63,469 nucleotides of DNA from contig NW_001865089.1 of NCBI RefSeq assembly GCF_000002865.3, positions 20,684 through 84,152 of the forward strand, read 5' to 3'. Shown here piece by piece: positions 38,383-52,300 of this stretch. Source of the DNA: Monosiga brevicollis MX1 (Eukaryota). Position numbers and translations under genes: made by a program. Positions within the stretch are counted from its first letter, which is position 1; the number at the start of each line of letters is the position of its first letter. The notes beneath the pieces are model-generated. The model saw nothing but the letters and a program-made list of their open reading frames with translations, made no database searches and was not told the DNA's origin.

Positions 38383-38415
38383 GCAGTCGACGTGGCCAGT
38401 GGTAGTGGCAGTGGC
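37775..38415. repeat. GA-rich microsatellites plus a duplicated (CAG)n-AGGCAGTCGACGTGGCC-(AGTGGC)n block
   Basis: Direct observation between divergent SEC11 and TRAPPC12. Confidence 0.85.
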
Positions 38416-38456
38416 GTTTATGGTTCTTTGCAGAGTGGTTTGGTAGAGAGGTGGCC

Positions 38457-41400
38457 ATGGAGGGGGATCTGGTGGTGGCGCCTCTGGATGGGGGTTTGGT
38501 GCAGGATGAGGCAGAGTCGGAAGAGGTCGAGGTGGACTTGAACGAGGAGCCCCGACCGCCCGTGGCCCAGCGCGACTCGGCAGCCATGATTGCCATGGAA
38601 GAAGAAGAGGCGGCGGCGGCGGCGGCGGCGGAAGGAGAAGAAGAACGAGCAGGCGACGGTGCAGAGGAAGTGGAGAAGAATCAGGCCAAAAGCCACGGCG
38701 ATGATCGACAGACGCCAGCGGACCAGGACGACGCGCTGCCCACAGAGTCCTCCGAGACGGGCCCCAGCTCCTGGCCCGCCGCATCATCTGAAGAAGCTCC
38801 CTCGGCATTGGTGCCCACCCCCGAGGCCAAGGGCATCGAATCCTTGTCCGCCACCACGGACGAGCCGTCGGTCATTTCGGCCACGCCCGTGGACACGGCC
38901 ATACACACGCTGTCAGAAAGCACGGCATCCGATGCCGCCACCGTCATCTCTGAGCACGAGGCCGATGCTACCCCGACCCCAGCTTCCACCGCAGCAGTCA
39001 AGCCCAAACGCGGTCATCGCCGCATGGACTCGGCCGGCCTCAACCAACTTGATCTGAATTCCTTCTCAGCCGGTCCAGACCAAGGCGCCGCCCTGAGCCG
39101 CGACCGTCTCTCCACCGTCGATGATAATGATGATGTTAACGATGGGCCCATCGCTGCTCCCGGGGCTCAGCTTGAATCCCCGCCCGGTGAAGCGCTCGAG
39201 GCCGGCGTGGCTTCAACCCCCAACAACACGGCCGCCGTTCTCCTCGAAGATGCCCCACAGGACAGTAACGCCTCAAACAATGCCAGCCCATCCTCCTCCC
39301 GGCGCTCCACCAGCCTGAGTAGCCGCCCCACCACAGCTGGCAGCGATTCAATTGCTGCACCTGCCACCTGGGACGGCTACTCCTCGCGCGCTGCCCAATG
39401 GCCCCTCTCCGCTTCCATCTTGGTATGCTTCCGCCATCACCGCCGTTATTCGATCCCTACCCCTCCTGTGGCGGGCCTGTTTTTTTATTTTTATTTTTTT
39501 GTTTGATTTTTTTTTTTATGTTTTTTTTTTTGGGNGTGTTATCGGCAGAGCACCATCCATGCCCGTCTCGAAAAGGATGGCGAGTACACCACTGCCCTCC
39601 AAGCCCCNGGTTCTGCATCATACGTCCATGGTGGTCCGTCACCCGCGCCGTGCTCATCCCGATGACCCCTCCCTCCTTTCACCTCTGTACTTTCCTGTGC
39701 TCACCTTTCTTCCTCGGAATGACGATCACCCGATTTTTAGCCCGACCAGCTGGCACAATTTGCACACAAGCAAGGCGTCGAGGCCATCAGTCGGCACCAC
39801 CCCAGCCAGTCCACCACCAACAGCCCAGCTGCCTATGTCACAACCAGCGATTGGTTGGAGCGTGCATCTGAGGAGGAGCAACTTCAAACTCTCCGAGACC
39901 TCACTGCCAGTGGCAGCTTTAGCATGGTATTTCCCCTCAATCTACGCAGCCCGATGCACATGGCCTGTGTCAACGTGCTCAGCTCACCCGCATCGCGGGC
40001 CCCCTTCTCGTGCTAGGTGTTGCATCGGACCACGCTCTTGATCAAGGCTCACGGAGAAAAGGCGCCCACTTCGTTCTATATGCAGGTCTGCTTTGCTCTC
40101 CGTTTCGGCAGTCCTATCTTGAGCTTTGGGTCATCGACAGCTCTTGGCCAAACCAATGCATGGCTCTCAAAGGCAGTGTTATGCCCGTCAGGTGTGGCTC
40201 ATTCGGGCCATCATGATGATTAAATTCAAACTGCACGAAGCGCTGGCATCTGAACTTGACTCGTTCGGTAAGGTCGGATCGCATCTCGAGAAATCTTTCG
40301 GGCCAGTACTTCCTGCATGTTGGCCTTGGTTGCCTCACATCATCCTCCCTTGCCGTGGTCAGGTGGCTGGGATCGCCCCGACCTCTTTTATCAGGCGTAC
40401 CCAAACAAATATCCTCATCGAACCGGCAGCATGGTCCCCTTCTCGCTGCGCTTTATCCATGCTGAATTGCCTCTGCACTCGAAACAGTCTCTCTTGACCA
40501 TGGATCGATTCTGCCTACTACGTGCTGTGTGCAATCAAGCTCTGGCCACGGTGCCTGAGGTATGCTCTGGCCCATGCTCCCGTCCGCCTCCACAGACCTG
40601 TGAGCAACAGCTATCCCCCCCGACCACGGCCGTGCATGACTGCGTTAGGATGCGGCAATGTCGTCCCAGCAACGCCTGGTGCGCGAACTGTGGGTGGCAC
40701 GGCTACGCCGCGTGATTCTAAGCTTGAGCAATCTGCTCTTGCGCCTGAACGACCTGTCCTCGGCCTCAGCCATGTTTTCCCAGCTTCTGGAACTTGATGA
40801 CGATCATGTCATGTTATACAGCTGCCTTGGTCGCATGGCTCTCAGTCACGGCCATCTATCGTTGGCTGCCAAGTATGTTTGCCGCCGGCCGTTCCACGCA
40901 CCATTGAGCCCCGTCCACAACAGTCTGCCTACTTCTTCTCTTGACCTCGAGTGTAATGGTGATTCTTTTCTCGGGAGCAGACACTTTTCTCTGGCCGATG
41001 CCGCCGCACAGAAACGCCACCAACTGTCGGACCGCCGCCAACTTGCAATCAATGATGCCCTCCTTCAGCTCTGCAACGGTTCGAGCATTCTGCCGACTTT
41101 GTCTTTGTCCCAGCCCTGCCGTTGGGCGATGTTCCATATGGCTCGCGGTGTTTCTGACACTCCGGGTTTGTTTAGGCAATGCCAACGCTTCTGTAGAAGC
41201 GCTGGCAGCAATCGCAGATGATGTGGAAAACGATGGGGCTGTTGTCAATGCTCAAGCGGTGGCTCAGCTCTATTCAGGAGATCTTTCTGCGGTAGGAATG
41301 GCGCTGGGTGCTGTGCGATTGCTGTATTTTCTTACTTGAGCTTTGGCGTTGCAGGCCGTTGCAACCTTTGAGGAGGAGCTGCCTAGCATGTCCACGCTGA

Positions 41401-41555
41401 GCGAGGAAATGCTGTACAATTTGGCCACGTGCTATGAGCTCGAGTCTGAGCCAGTCAAGGCTGGTTTCAAGAAGCGGGTAAGCCAGTTTGCCATGACATT
41501 TATTGCTCCTTACTCCGAGCGCTACTCCTCTTTCCACTTGGCCGGCTGTCCCTAA
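38457..41555 (+). CDS. TRAPPC12: TRAPP complex subunit 12 (TTC15/TRAMM), TPR protein, multi-exon; start approximate
   Basis: PDLFYQAYPNKYPHRTGSMVPFSLRFIHAELP and LYNLATCYELES match remembered TRAPPC12 signatures; long acidic N-terminus. Confidence 0.85.
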
Positions 41556-41791
41556 CCGGGTTGGTTCCGGCTGTGTCGTACGCAGGTCTGGATCCGCACC
41601 GTCCTGGAGAAAGGACACGACAATCTTGACGTCACCTGTCTCAAGGTTTAAAAAAAAAAATACTCACTTTCTTTCAACGTGTGGCAAGCGAAGCGTGTGG
41701 CCAACGGTGTGTTTCTGGTTTAAAAATTGATATGCGAATCGAATCAGCGAGGGAGAATGACGGAGAAATGGCGCGGAAAAGTCCGCGAGAG

Positions 41792-41823
<32 letters not shown>

Positions 41824-42558
41824 TTGAAAAAATGAGTCACAATTCACATGGAATATGGGCAGTCAGACCGAACAGGGGATATTATCGAGAACATGTCCAG
41901 AAATAAATCGGCGTTGTGGGATAAATCTTTCTCTTGGGTTGTGGGCGAACGTTATTAGCCGACTTGCTCATCAAAGTCTGAGCTCAATGCTTGCATTGTA
42001 CGCAAGGTTACGACCGTTTCAACTGAGGCTCGTGTGTCTATTGGGTCATTTCTTGGGCGGAATGCTTTTCAACCAAGGCTTCTTTAGATATCCGGGCACT
42101 CGTAGATACAGGCCGAGCCACGTCGTCTGCCACAGAAGGCCAAGCACCTGCGGTGTCGTCTGCACTCTCATATTCTTCCTTCTCGTCCGGTGGTGGTGCT
42201 GCAATACCCAGTGCGTGAGCGTGTCACCATTGTTTCCCAGCTTGCCCAGAACATCCTCTGGCACGACATCGTACTGGGCCACAAACGGGTCAGCCCTATC
42301 CAGGGAATGAGCAGAATAGTTAGTCATACTTCGATCGTTTCTCCCTTTCTCCATGTGCTTGCAACCCTCTTGATGTTCGCCTGCTGAAATCCCGAGTCCT
42401 TCCGAGATGACCGAATCTTTAAAATTAATTGCATCTCACACAAATGGCAAAAAAGATCACACCATGCTTGTGCGAGCTGGTCCGTCTCAAACACTCGCGT
42501 TGTGCGATAAGAGTTTTTTTCCATCTTCTCGCGTTCCCTCGTACGCATTAAATCACCG

Positions 42559-45057
42559 CTAGTTCTCCTCTTCTTCGTCTTCTTCATCTTCTGAGCTGCT
42601 GGATTCTTGCAGCCATTCCTGAGCTCGAGAGTCCATCTCGACATGAACTTTCCACCTGCAGCACATCGGCGGCCAGGTATGTGAGAGGAAAGTTTGCCAA
42701 CAAACAAGGGCGTGAGGGTGGGTGCGAGACCCTCTGGCCCGACGTACTCTTGCATCTTGTTCACATCGATACTGTACAGGTCGTTGAAGGTGACCTGCCT
42801 GTCGCCCACTTCAGTTACACCGCCATACAGATACAGCGTATTGCCCTGCATGGCCAAAAGACTGCCAATGCGTGCAGAGGGCCACAACGGCTCTTCCGCC
42901 GCCTACACATTTGGCAAATACATCATGAGCCCAAGGCAATAATGGCCCAGTGATCTTGGTAGAATGCGGACACAGCAAAAGCGGCAAGGGAGAATAGGTA
43001 GGGTAGGAAGATATCGATCAAAAGAAGCGATAAACAACGCACCGCAGCGGCTGAACCCTTCTTCGCTTTGAGTTTCATACGTGCCCACATGTTGTTGGCC
43101 GTGTTGAGAAGGTAGGCATCGTTGTAGAATTGGCCTTGCAAAGCATCATCCGTTTCCTCGTCTTGTCTGAGAAGCAAAGAACAACGAAGATGCAGCAAGA
43201 GTTGAAACAAGATGACGGGGTGAGGGACGATAACGGCAGGTTCTAGTCACACGCAGCAGCTTCAGGGCAATCGACGTACACGCCGCCAAAGGAAATCATC
43301 TGAGTTACCGAGCGTGCAACGGCTGCCGCGCCGGCACGCACTGGTGGAGTTTCACCACCTGTGAACAACCGCAAGTCATGTCAAAAAGCAAGCCCGACTA
43401 AACGTGTTCTGTTATTATCATTTGTTTATTTTTTTAAGGGAAGGGAGGGGAAGGGGCGCCCGAGTCTGATACTTGAGACATTAGAAGGGGCTATTGGTAA
43501 CATACCGGGGCGCATGCGCTGCCAGGACCACTTGTAGCCACAGGCATGAGTGCCATCTTTTTTGCCGGGTGGCTTTGGTTTGGAGCTGTCACACTCGGCT
43601 TCGTAGTGCTGAAAGGCGGTCTCATCCTGTTCCGCTACCAGGCTCCAGACATCATCAAAGACCTGCATAGCAGAGGGAAGGTATGGCATTGGGGTCAACG
43701 AGAAGGGAAAGAAGGGCAGCAGCGAGGGTCTGCTGTGTGTGGCTGGCCGGAGGTTCGGCACAGGTGACTCGCAGTCGTACCACGCCTTTGTAAGCGTCGC
43801 CTTTGACACGCTCGCGGGCATAGCCTCCGGTGATGATCACTTGGTCTTGCAGTGCCACCATTTGACACGCCGAGCGCGCAGCAGGCCCAGGCATGGTGGG
43901 GGGAAAATCCACGCGGCTCCACCTGTGGTGGGAGAATTAGACCGCGAGCCAGTCAGGCTGCTTTGCGCACGCTGCTAGAAGGTCTCACGCCGGGGACGGG
44001 CGAGCAAATACACACTTGTAGTGGTCGAGGTCGTAGATGTGGACGGTGTTGAAATACTTGGGAGCCTTCTTGCCGTCGTCTTGGAAGCCACCGAACATGA
44101 CGAGCAGATTCTTCTTGAAGACGACCATGCGATGACCTAATCAAAGTAGGGGTTCAGCACTTGACGGCACTTGACGAGGCGCTGGGGGCTTTTTGAGGCG
44201 ATCAAGGGGCCTGTCATACATACCGCTACGGGCTGGAGGGTGGGGTCCGGGCATATTTTCCCAGCGGTTGTCAGCCATGTGCCATACCCACAGATCGTTG
44301 TAGTGTCGAAACTGAGCCCCAGAGGGCGCGGCAAATTCGCCGCCATACAACCACATCTGTTGTTCCCACGGTCCGAGTTGAAAGGGCGGGATAAGTTGGG
44401 GAGGGAGAAAGTAGAACGGCGAGCCTTGAGGGTTACCAGGTTGCAGGGACACACCTGTCCACCCAAGCGGCCGAGCGTGACAGCTTGATGGCCCGAGCGG
44501 GGCGGCGGGCAACCCGGGATGGTGAGCTGGCGCCATTGGTCCTTTTTGGCGTTGTATACAAAGAGGTCTGCGTGTGGCGTGCAGGGAAGCCGTCCGGAGA
44601 TGAGCCAAGCTTGTGCACGAGAGCCGCTGCAGGCTAGTACAGCTCTGCAGACGCACCTCCATAGATCAAGGTTTTGTGGCCGTTGTTAAACTCGCCGCCG
44701 AGAAGGACGAGCTCGTCATGGTTGAGCGGGTGCGGGGCGAGGACCGCATAGGCGCGTGGGGACGGGGCCTTGCACACGACTTCGCGGAAGGTGGTGGCCT
44801 CCTTGTCCAGGGCTTGAAACTGGGCCAAGAGTGCGTCGAGATCCTCGTCCTCTTCTCCTGCCGCAGCAGCCTGACATGCATGGCATGCGTTCAGTGAGGC
44901 AGCACGCGCGCGCTCAAGACAAATGACGTGTTCCCAGTCGCGGGTCCAGCGCCTGCACCTTGGCATTTGCCAACTCCTTCTTGCTCGCAACGCGCTGTTG
45001 CTTATCCTTGCGCTGCTGGCGCTTTTGCCGCCGCGCAGTGGCGTTCTGGCGCGGCAT
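42559..45057 (-). CDS. KLHDC4: Kelch domain-containing protein 4-like, multi-exon
   Basis: EDEDLDALLAQF, PSPRA..ELVLLGGEF, WLYGGEFAAPSGAQFRHYNDLW, LYLYGGVTEVGDRQVTFNDLY, WKVHVEMD..QEWL then acidic tail. Confidence 0.85.
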
Positions 45058-45311
45058 GTCGAAGAACGGTCGTCGCGGCCTCTACGTCGCCTTCCACCAT
45101 CACCAGCATTTCACACATCAATGAGCCACACACCCATGCAGCGAGAGAGGGAGAGAGGGAGAGAGGGAGAGGGAGAGAGGGAGAGAGGGAGAGAGGGAGA
45201 GAGGGAGAGAGGGGGCCCTGTGCCTGCCTGTTTCAGCCGGCACACACACACGCGCGCTCGTGTGTGCGTTGTCGTTGTGTCTTCCGTGTGTTGCAAACGA
45301 AACGGCTTTCG

Positions 45312-45364
<53 letters not shown>

Positions 45365-45933
45365 AAAGTTCTGACAACAAGATGCATGGTTCAGAACAGA
45401 CGTTGTCAACAAGTCAAGGTCATTGCATGCGTGCTTGCAGCCAAGGGGAGCGGACGGAGTGGCGGACATGGATTCGCGAAAGCGCGGCAGGAATGAGGCA
45501 CCAATCCCCATTTTTCTCCGCCTTGTCCTCTTCCTCTGCTTCCTCTTGTGGTCCCTACAGGTGACCACAACACACGGACAAGCAGTTGATACCTTTCTCA
45601 TCTTTGCCTTTTCAGCAGCACGAGCGACAAGAGGGCTGTGACATGGTGTTGGCTTTTCCAACATACTTGGACTTGCGAGCCAATCCAATCAGCTGTCACG
45701 CGCCATTTACTACCCCGCGTCCCGCTGGCCCATTGCATGCCGGCCGCGCCGTCAAGACAGCTGGATATATAGACTTACCCATCGCTCACGGGCAAAAACC
45801 AGTGTATCAGGTCATCATTTTTGTTGCCCGTTGCTGAGCCCACCACGCGCGGCCGCCACAATTTTGCTCCTGTACTCCACCGCCCCACCAGATCTTCTGC
45901 GGCTCTTGGCCCAGCTGGCCGACACCCGCCGCC

Positions 45934-48850
45934 ATGCTCAACGCAGCAACTCTGTTGCGGTCGCCGTCGGCCAAAATCATTGCTCAAGTGCAGAATGAGA
46001 TTATGGCCGAAGTTCCAGACCTGCCCATGCCTGCCAATCCCAACGAGCCGGGTTCGGATGAACCTCCCAACTATGACATGAAACTCGCCACCTCGGTAAC
46101 CGCCCGTGTTTCTCATGGCGGCCCCGAGCTCTTGCACCACGACATACCCTCTGCTCGCCGCCTTGAAGAAGTGATTCTGACTCAGCGCCGAGAAATTTGT
46201 CGTGAAATCACCACCGAGCATCGCATCGCCCTGGGCTGCGGGAACCTGGCTAGGTGCGATTCTTGGTACCCGGGCCGTTCTTACCCCGTGCTTGGCCCGC
46301 ATACACTCATCTTTTACAAATGCTTTCTGACCACGCGGCGTGCTGTGCTTCCTCCTACTACCCCGATTCCGTAGTGTCCTCCACAAAGCCAGCCCCAGCC
46401 GCGAGCTCGCCGTAAATCTGGCCTTTGCTGCGTCACGCGAGCAGGATCTAGTCGTGGACCTCAAAAACAACATTTTCCTCGCACAGCTTGCCCTGCGTCT
46501 TAACGACGATGTCGACCCAGACCTTTCATATCGGGATGTGAGCGAGCAGCTCTTTGGTACCATCCTTGCACGTCAAGACGAGTGGCTCCATGCCGATGCC
46601 CGTCTCCTCGAACACCACGTGGCCAACCCCGCCGTCATCGCCGACATCGCCGGTGCCTTTGTCGCCCTCCCTCTCATGATCGTGCACGCCACCAGCTTTC
46701 GCGAGGCCATTGAACTGTCCCTGACTACCCATTACCTTGAGGCGCCCGATCACCTGAGCGTCGAGCTTGCCACCTTTCGCCAGACCCGCCAACAGCTCTT
46801 TGCCACCCACGTTTGTCCGCGTCTGGGCCTGTCCCCCTCGGGCCAGCTCACCAAGTTTATCAAGTACTATCACCTCCTCGGCCAACTAGAGGAGCGCTTC
46901 CTCCGCGACGGCTTGCTGCGCAACATCCATTATCGCTGGTACGCACCCATATTAGACGCACCTTTTCGACCATTTCCATGGCCCAGACAAGATGCTTCCC
47001 CCAATGCTCACTTTATCTCTCTCACATTCACTCCAACACTCCATCTTTCTTGCTTGCTCTCGACTGCAGGTATGACTGGTTGACAGGACGTGAACACCAC
47101 GACCTGCATGTCCTGGCAGAGCGTCTTTGTGTACTATCTGGAGCGGCCGCCTGCGCAACACAGGCCGCCGTACTCGAGCCCATGGATTCGGCCACAAGCT
47201 GCAGCCGAGCGCGCACTTATTTTGAGATGGCCGCTGGCCTCATCGAGCTCATGATTACTCACCGCGAGACAGAAGGCGCCCCGCACATTGCGAGCGAGAG
47301 CTGGACCTCATCCAACTTGCAAATGCTACTGGCCTTTAATCTTGCCCAGGCGCAAGAGTGCCACTTCAAGACTCAAATCGTCGAGCGCCAGGGGAGTGCT
47401 CTCCCGTGGCCAAAGGCTCAAGAAGCAGCTGCAGTTGCTCATGCCTACGGTCGCGTTCGCGAGGCCTTGACCAGCGACCCACTGTCCCGCGGGCTCTGGC
47501 CCGACGAATGGATCGGCACTGTGTACGCCAAGTACAAGGAGTATCAAGGCCTGGCTGGTATGTTGTGCCCGTCTGACGTCGTGTTGAGAACGCTCGTGTG
47601 CTATGCGCATCTGGGTATTCTCACCCCTGTCCACACACCTGCTGTGATGCCTGTGCGCAGATTTGTTGTACGTGCAGCATTTGTACCAGGACGACCATTC
47701 GGATCCCAATGAACTGCCCATGCTGCACACGCGTCTACATCGGGCTGCACGTTCCCTCAAGCTGGCTCTGCGCGTGTGCCAAGACGATCCCGAACACCGC
47801 CTGGCCATGCTCCAGACACGCATCGAGCACGATCTACGTGCCGTCAATCAACTGCTGGCAGAAGAGAAAGTGGGTGCGCTAGACTACGATATGCTGCGCG
47901 CTCTCAGCCCCGTGACGCCAACCGCAGACCGCTGGGCACAGCCCATTTGTTTGCCTGCCCTGACCAAGCCGGCCAATCTATGGCGACGACTCGGCCCCGC
48001 ACATTTTTTCAATGCTCGCTGCCCCCTGACCGATCGGCGACGCTGCAAGTTGCTCAAATCGACGCCCGAGCAAAGTTTTGGCCTCGTTCTGGAAGGTGGG
48101 CGCCCTTGTCGTGTCTCGGAGATTGTTCCCGGTTCGCCCGCCGATGTCGGTGGGGTCACGGCCGGCACGTACGTGCTGGCTGTCAACCGCACTGACGTGC
48201 GCAGCTGGCGCCACGGTCAAGTCGTCAAGATCTTGCAACAGGCTACCAAGGGCGTTCTGCTGACCATCGTGGTACGTTGTCCCCGTGTTCAAGCCGTGTG
48301 CAGCAGCGCTCCGTAGCCGTACCTCTCTCGCCTGCGCCTGCACCGCATTCACATCAATCCACCTCGCTTGGCCTTGCTGCTACGATAGGAGAATGCCGTG
48401 CTTGATGAGGCTATTCTCGCTGGGTCTCCACCACGCGAATTCTTGGAAGATGGCAGCGAGGTTGATTCGGTCGACAGCGAGGATCTCAAAGACATTATAG
48501 ATAGCGCCTTTGATCTTCAGGAGGACGTGGGCAAGGAACAAACCGGTCTCACTCCGGAGATGGTGTCCGTCCTGCATGACGAGGTGGACAAGGGCCTCGT
48601 CACACACCCAACCCTCGTGCATCAGGGCTCGATTTAGCTTCACTTTAAGCCACAGGCATGCAAAGCCCAATCCTCGTGTAACTATCTGCCCCATGGCTTT
48701 GTGCCCCTGCCATTTGATCATCTCCTCCCTAAGGTTCCGGCCAGTGCCATAATTGACTCCCCACCTGTCAACCAAAGACCGACATGTCTACAACTACTGA
48801 TCGCACCGATGCATAAAGTCCCTGCATTTTACAACACAAGTACGCTATAA
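45934..48850 (+). CDS. Rhophilin-like (HR1 + BRO1 + PDZ), multi-exon; ends approximate
   Basis: HR1-like REITTEHRIALGCGNL; BRO1 motifs YYHLLGQLEERF..YRWYDWLTG and LAQAQEC; RRLGP..FNA; PDZ SFGLVLEGGRPCRVSEIVPGSPA. Confidence 0.8.
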
Positions 48851-49364
48851 AACAACATCATCTTTATCATCCACTACATAAACCACAAGTTTATATGCAT
48901 TTGCTCAATATATTTCACTGCCTTCGCCCACATAGCCATCACATTCCACATCTGACTGCCTTCGCGCTCTACATAACCTCATAACGTACAAGTCCAGCTG
49001 GCCTCTGCAACAGAAAACGTGATTATAGCTACACTTTAATAAGCTTGAAGTGTATCTGAAGTCACACTTCCGTAGCGCCGCTGCCACTGAGCCGCGCCGC
49101 CCGCTCTCTCTCTCTCTCTCTCACTTTCTCTCACACGATCGCCGTCCCGTCAAGCTCTCGGTTCGGTTTAGCACACACGCTGGATCCCCCCCTGCCCAGC
49201 CCGCCAACGCACCTTTGGGCTTTGGGGATTGGGAATCAGCTGCGTCGTCGTTTTGCAGCTCTCTACGTTTTGGTGGTTGCACTTCCTGTTGCGGGTGCAT
49301 CTGCCTTGGGGCGGGGCGAGTCGTTTTGTGCGCGCCGTGCTGATCTGCATTCGCGCCAGTCAAC

Positions 49365-52300
49365 ATGGCTGCCGCGCAGGCCGTCAGCGCCGTCTTGCCT
49401 CAGCAATCCTTGGCGTTCACGGCCGATGTCACGCTCGTCATCAATGCTGACCGCAACAAGACTGATGACAAGGCTCTGGGCGTTGCTGGGGATCGTCTGG
49501 TGCTCGTCTCGCCACGGCCACCCTTTAAGATCGATACCGAGATTAACGTCCTGGATCTGACTCGTTTGGACATCTTGTCCGACGATCAGGTGCGTCCACA
49601 AAGCGCCATCGTCCTCGTGCTGACTTTGCTTGCCATTGCCACACGATTCCTCACCCTCTTGTGCTCGCACCCAACGACATAGAGCTTGGTGATTGAGAGC
49701 ACCACTTCCTCACCGCTTCGCCTCCGTGGCCTTGAACAAGATGCCCCGGCCCTTGCAGCCATCCTCTACGATGCTCTCCGCAACATCTACCTCGTTGGCG
49801 ATGTTCGGTGCGTGCTTGAGCCGGAGCGGTACCGCCTTGCTCGCCTGGCTTGCACTGCTTAGACGCAGCCATCATCCTCTATCTCCCCCCAAACTCCTAA
49901 TCTGCTTCTTTTGTATTTGTTTTTGTTGCAGCTGTGTTTTCTCCTGCCCACTTCAGGTTCAGCCACCGGCCGATCAAGATGTGTCGCAGCGCCAGGACGT
50001 CGACTGTGGTCAGTGACGCTGCCAGCTATCCCGAGCCGATTATGGCCTGCTGCAGGACGTGTCGAAGCTGCGCCTTGCTCTCATGCCACGCCCATCCACC
50101 TGTGATCTAGCCGCTTTTTTGCCCGCTTACCAGCACGCGTGCAAATATCATGGGCTGACGCCGCAGCAGCTCACGGTCCAAAAAATTGTGGGCCGATACC
50201 AAGCCTCGCGCACTCGTACTCTGGATGGCCTGGACTTTATGGCCATGTCACTCACGTGCGTTTTCGTGTGCGTTTTGACACTCTGCTCTTGTTGCATTGC
50301 CTCACATTGCTGACATGTGCGCCCCACATCTTGCAGGAGCTCTCCCGCCATCGTCACGGCCTTGCACGTTAACCCGTGGTTCACCACACTCAAGCTGAAT
50401 GACCTCAAGATGGTTTGTTAAATCTTGTACTCACGCGTTGTGCCCTTGCCCAGTTCTTGTGGCAACGCGAACCCTTGCATCTGGGTGGTTTACGTTATCT
50501 CCTGATTGTCTCACGTATGTTCCGGATCTGGCTTACCCAGAGCCCAGCGACGCTGGATAGCCTGGCCATGCTTGCCCTCCGCAACAACACGCTGCAAACC
50601 ATCGAGATGCGCAACCTCAGCTCCGCCGACAGCAAATTCTGGGGCAAATTCCTCGGAAACCTCAAGAACAACCCGCGCCTCAGCATTCAAGACTTTGACT
50701 TTTCTCAGAACAAGTGCGTCGTCATCACCCCATCTCACGCGCCATCCATGACTGTGCTGATTGTCAAATACCAAGTCCATCTTCTAGACGCATTTCTTGG
50801 TCCGCGTACATAATCTCATTGTGCGTTCTGTTGGGTATCTAGTCTGGGTGACCCCTTGGTCACAGCCTTTGCTGATAGCGCACGCACCTTTGTCTTGGGT
50901 GTGCGGCGTTTGCGCATGGTCAACGTTTCCATGTCCACGAAGGTATTTGCTTCGCTCTCGCTCTCGCTCTCTCTCTCTCTTTTTTTTTTTTTTTTTTTTT
51001 TCTTTTGTCTCTTGCTACCTTCCTTCGACGGGACACTGCCGATGGCATCATGCTTTGTCTTCTCTCCTCTGTTTATGGCGTCTGCTCTCAGGGGGCCATG
51101 GTCTTGGCGATTGCACTCCGCAAGAATCCATCTTCCGCATCTGGTCTCCAGCTGATTGACATTAGCGAAAATCCCACCATTGGCCACGAGGGTGTTATTG
51201 GCCTGATTGACATGCTGTTGCAGGCCAACATACTGCAGTCAGTCAACGTCAACAACACGGGTGCCGTGGTTGAATCCATTCTCATGACCATGGCCAAGGC
51301 CATTTGCACCCACCTCACCCACCTCGATTTGGGTAACAATAAATTTGCCAGCAAGTGCGTGATGCTCGCTTGTGGCCATCGGACCAACAGCGCTTCAAGG
51401 GCGTCGGAGGCCATTCTCATACTCTAGTCTCAATGATCCTCTTTTAATAGGAAAGCAGGTCGTCCTCAACCTCAGCTGGTCAAATTTCTCGAGCATGCGC
51501 CCGTCATTCAGAGCCTCTGCCTCAATGGCGTTAAGCTGCCTTCCGTGGCGCTCAAGTTTCTTCTTGATAGCCTGAGCGTCAACGTTCTCCTCACCGTGCG
51601 TAGTCTGAGCTGCCGCATCACGCCCACCCGTACCCTGGCATTGTGGCCAGCTTGTTCACGCTGCCGATCCTTTTAGAACTTGGAATTAGGATTGGCGAAT
51701 TGTGACTTGGGGGTTTCCGAGTCAGCCTCGGTCATCCACATGGCACTGCCCAAGTTGACCACAATCGGCAAGCTGGACTTTAGCCAGAATGGTACGCCGC
51801 TCGACCCGTTTGACGCACCACATCTCAGCATATGGCCTCTTGCATGCACCCTCATGTCTTTACTCTTAAAACTCGAATAGAATTCAGCGACGATGACATG
51901 GCCAAAATCATCGGAGCCGCCGCCGCCAACAGCGCGACACTCAACAGTCTTGTTCTGGACGAGAATCTGAGCCGGGCTCGCACCTCGCAGCGCTCGATGC
52001 TTGCCCTCCGCTCCCTCTTCGAAGGCAGCTATAAGGTTGGTGGTGCCGTGCTTGACGCACAGCCTGGAAGTCATTGAAGCGTTGTTTGTCAACTTGTAGT
52101 GGGTGCCGCCGCCTTTTTTACTCTACTCACATGGTTTATGCATCGCATCCCTATTTTCTTAGGGCCTCCGCCACCTGAGTCTGAAGGACATGAAGCTGAA
52201 GCAGGATTTGGTGAATCTGTTTCCTAGCCTCAGCGAGAACACCTCGATTGAGCATCTGGACATTCGGGGCAACCATGTTGGAGACGCGGGCGCCTCTGCC

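Noticed and set aside
41855..42550. Short ORFs between TRAPPC12 and KLHDC4
   Set aside because: KLHDC4 appears to stop at 42559 and no frame shows a family signature; a small gene is not excluded.
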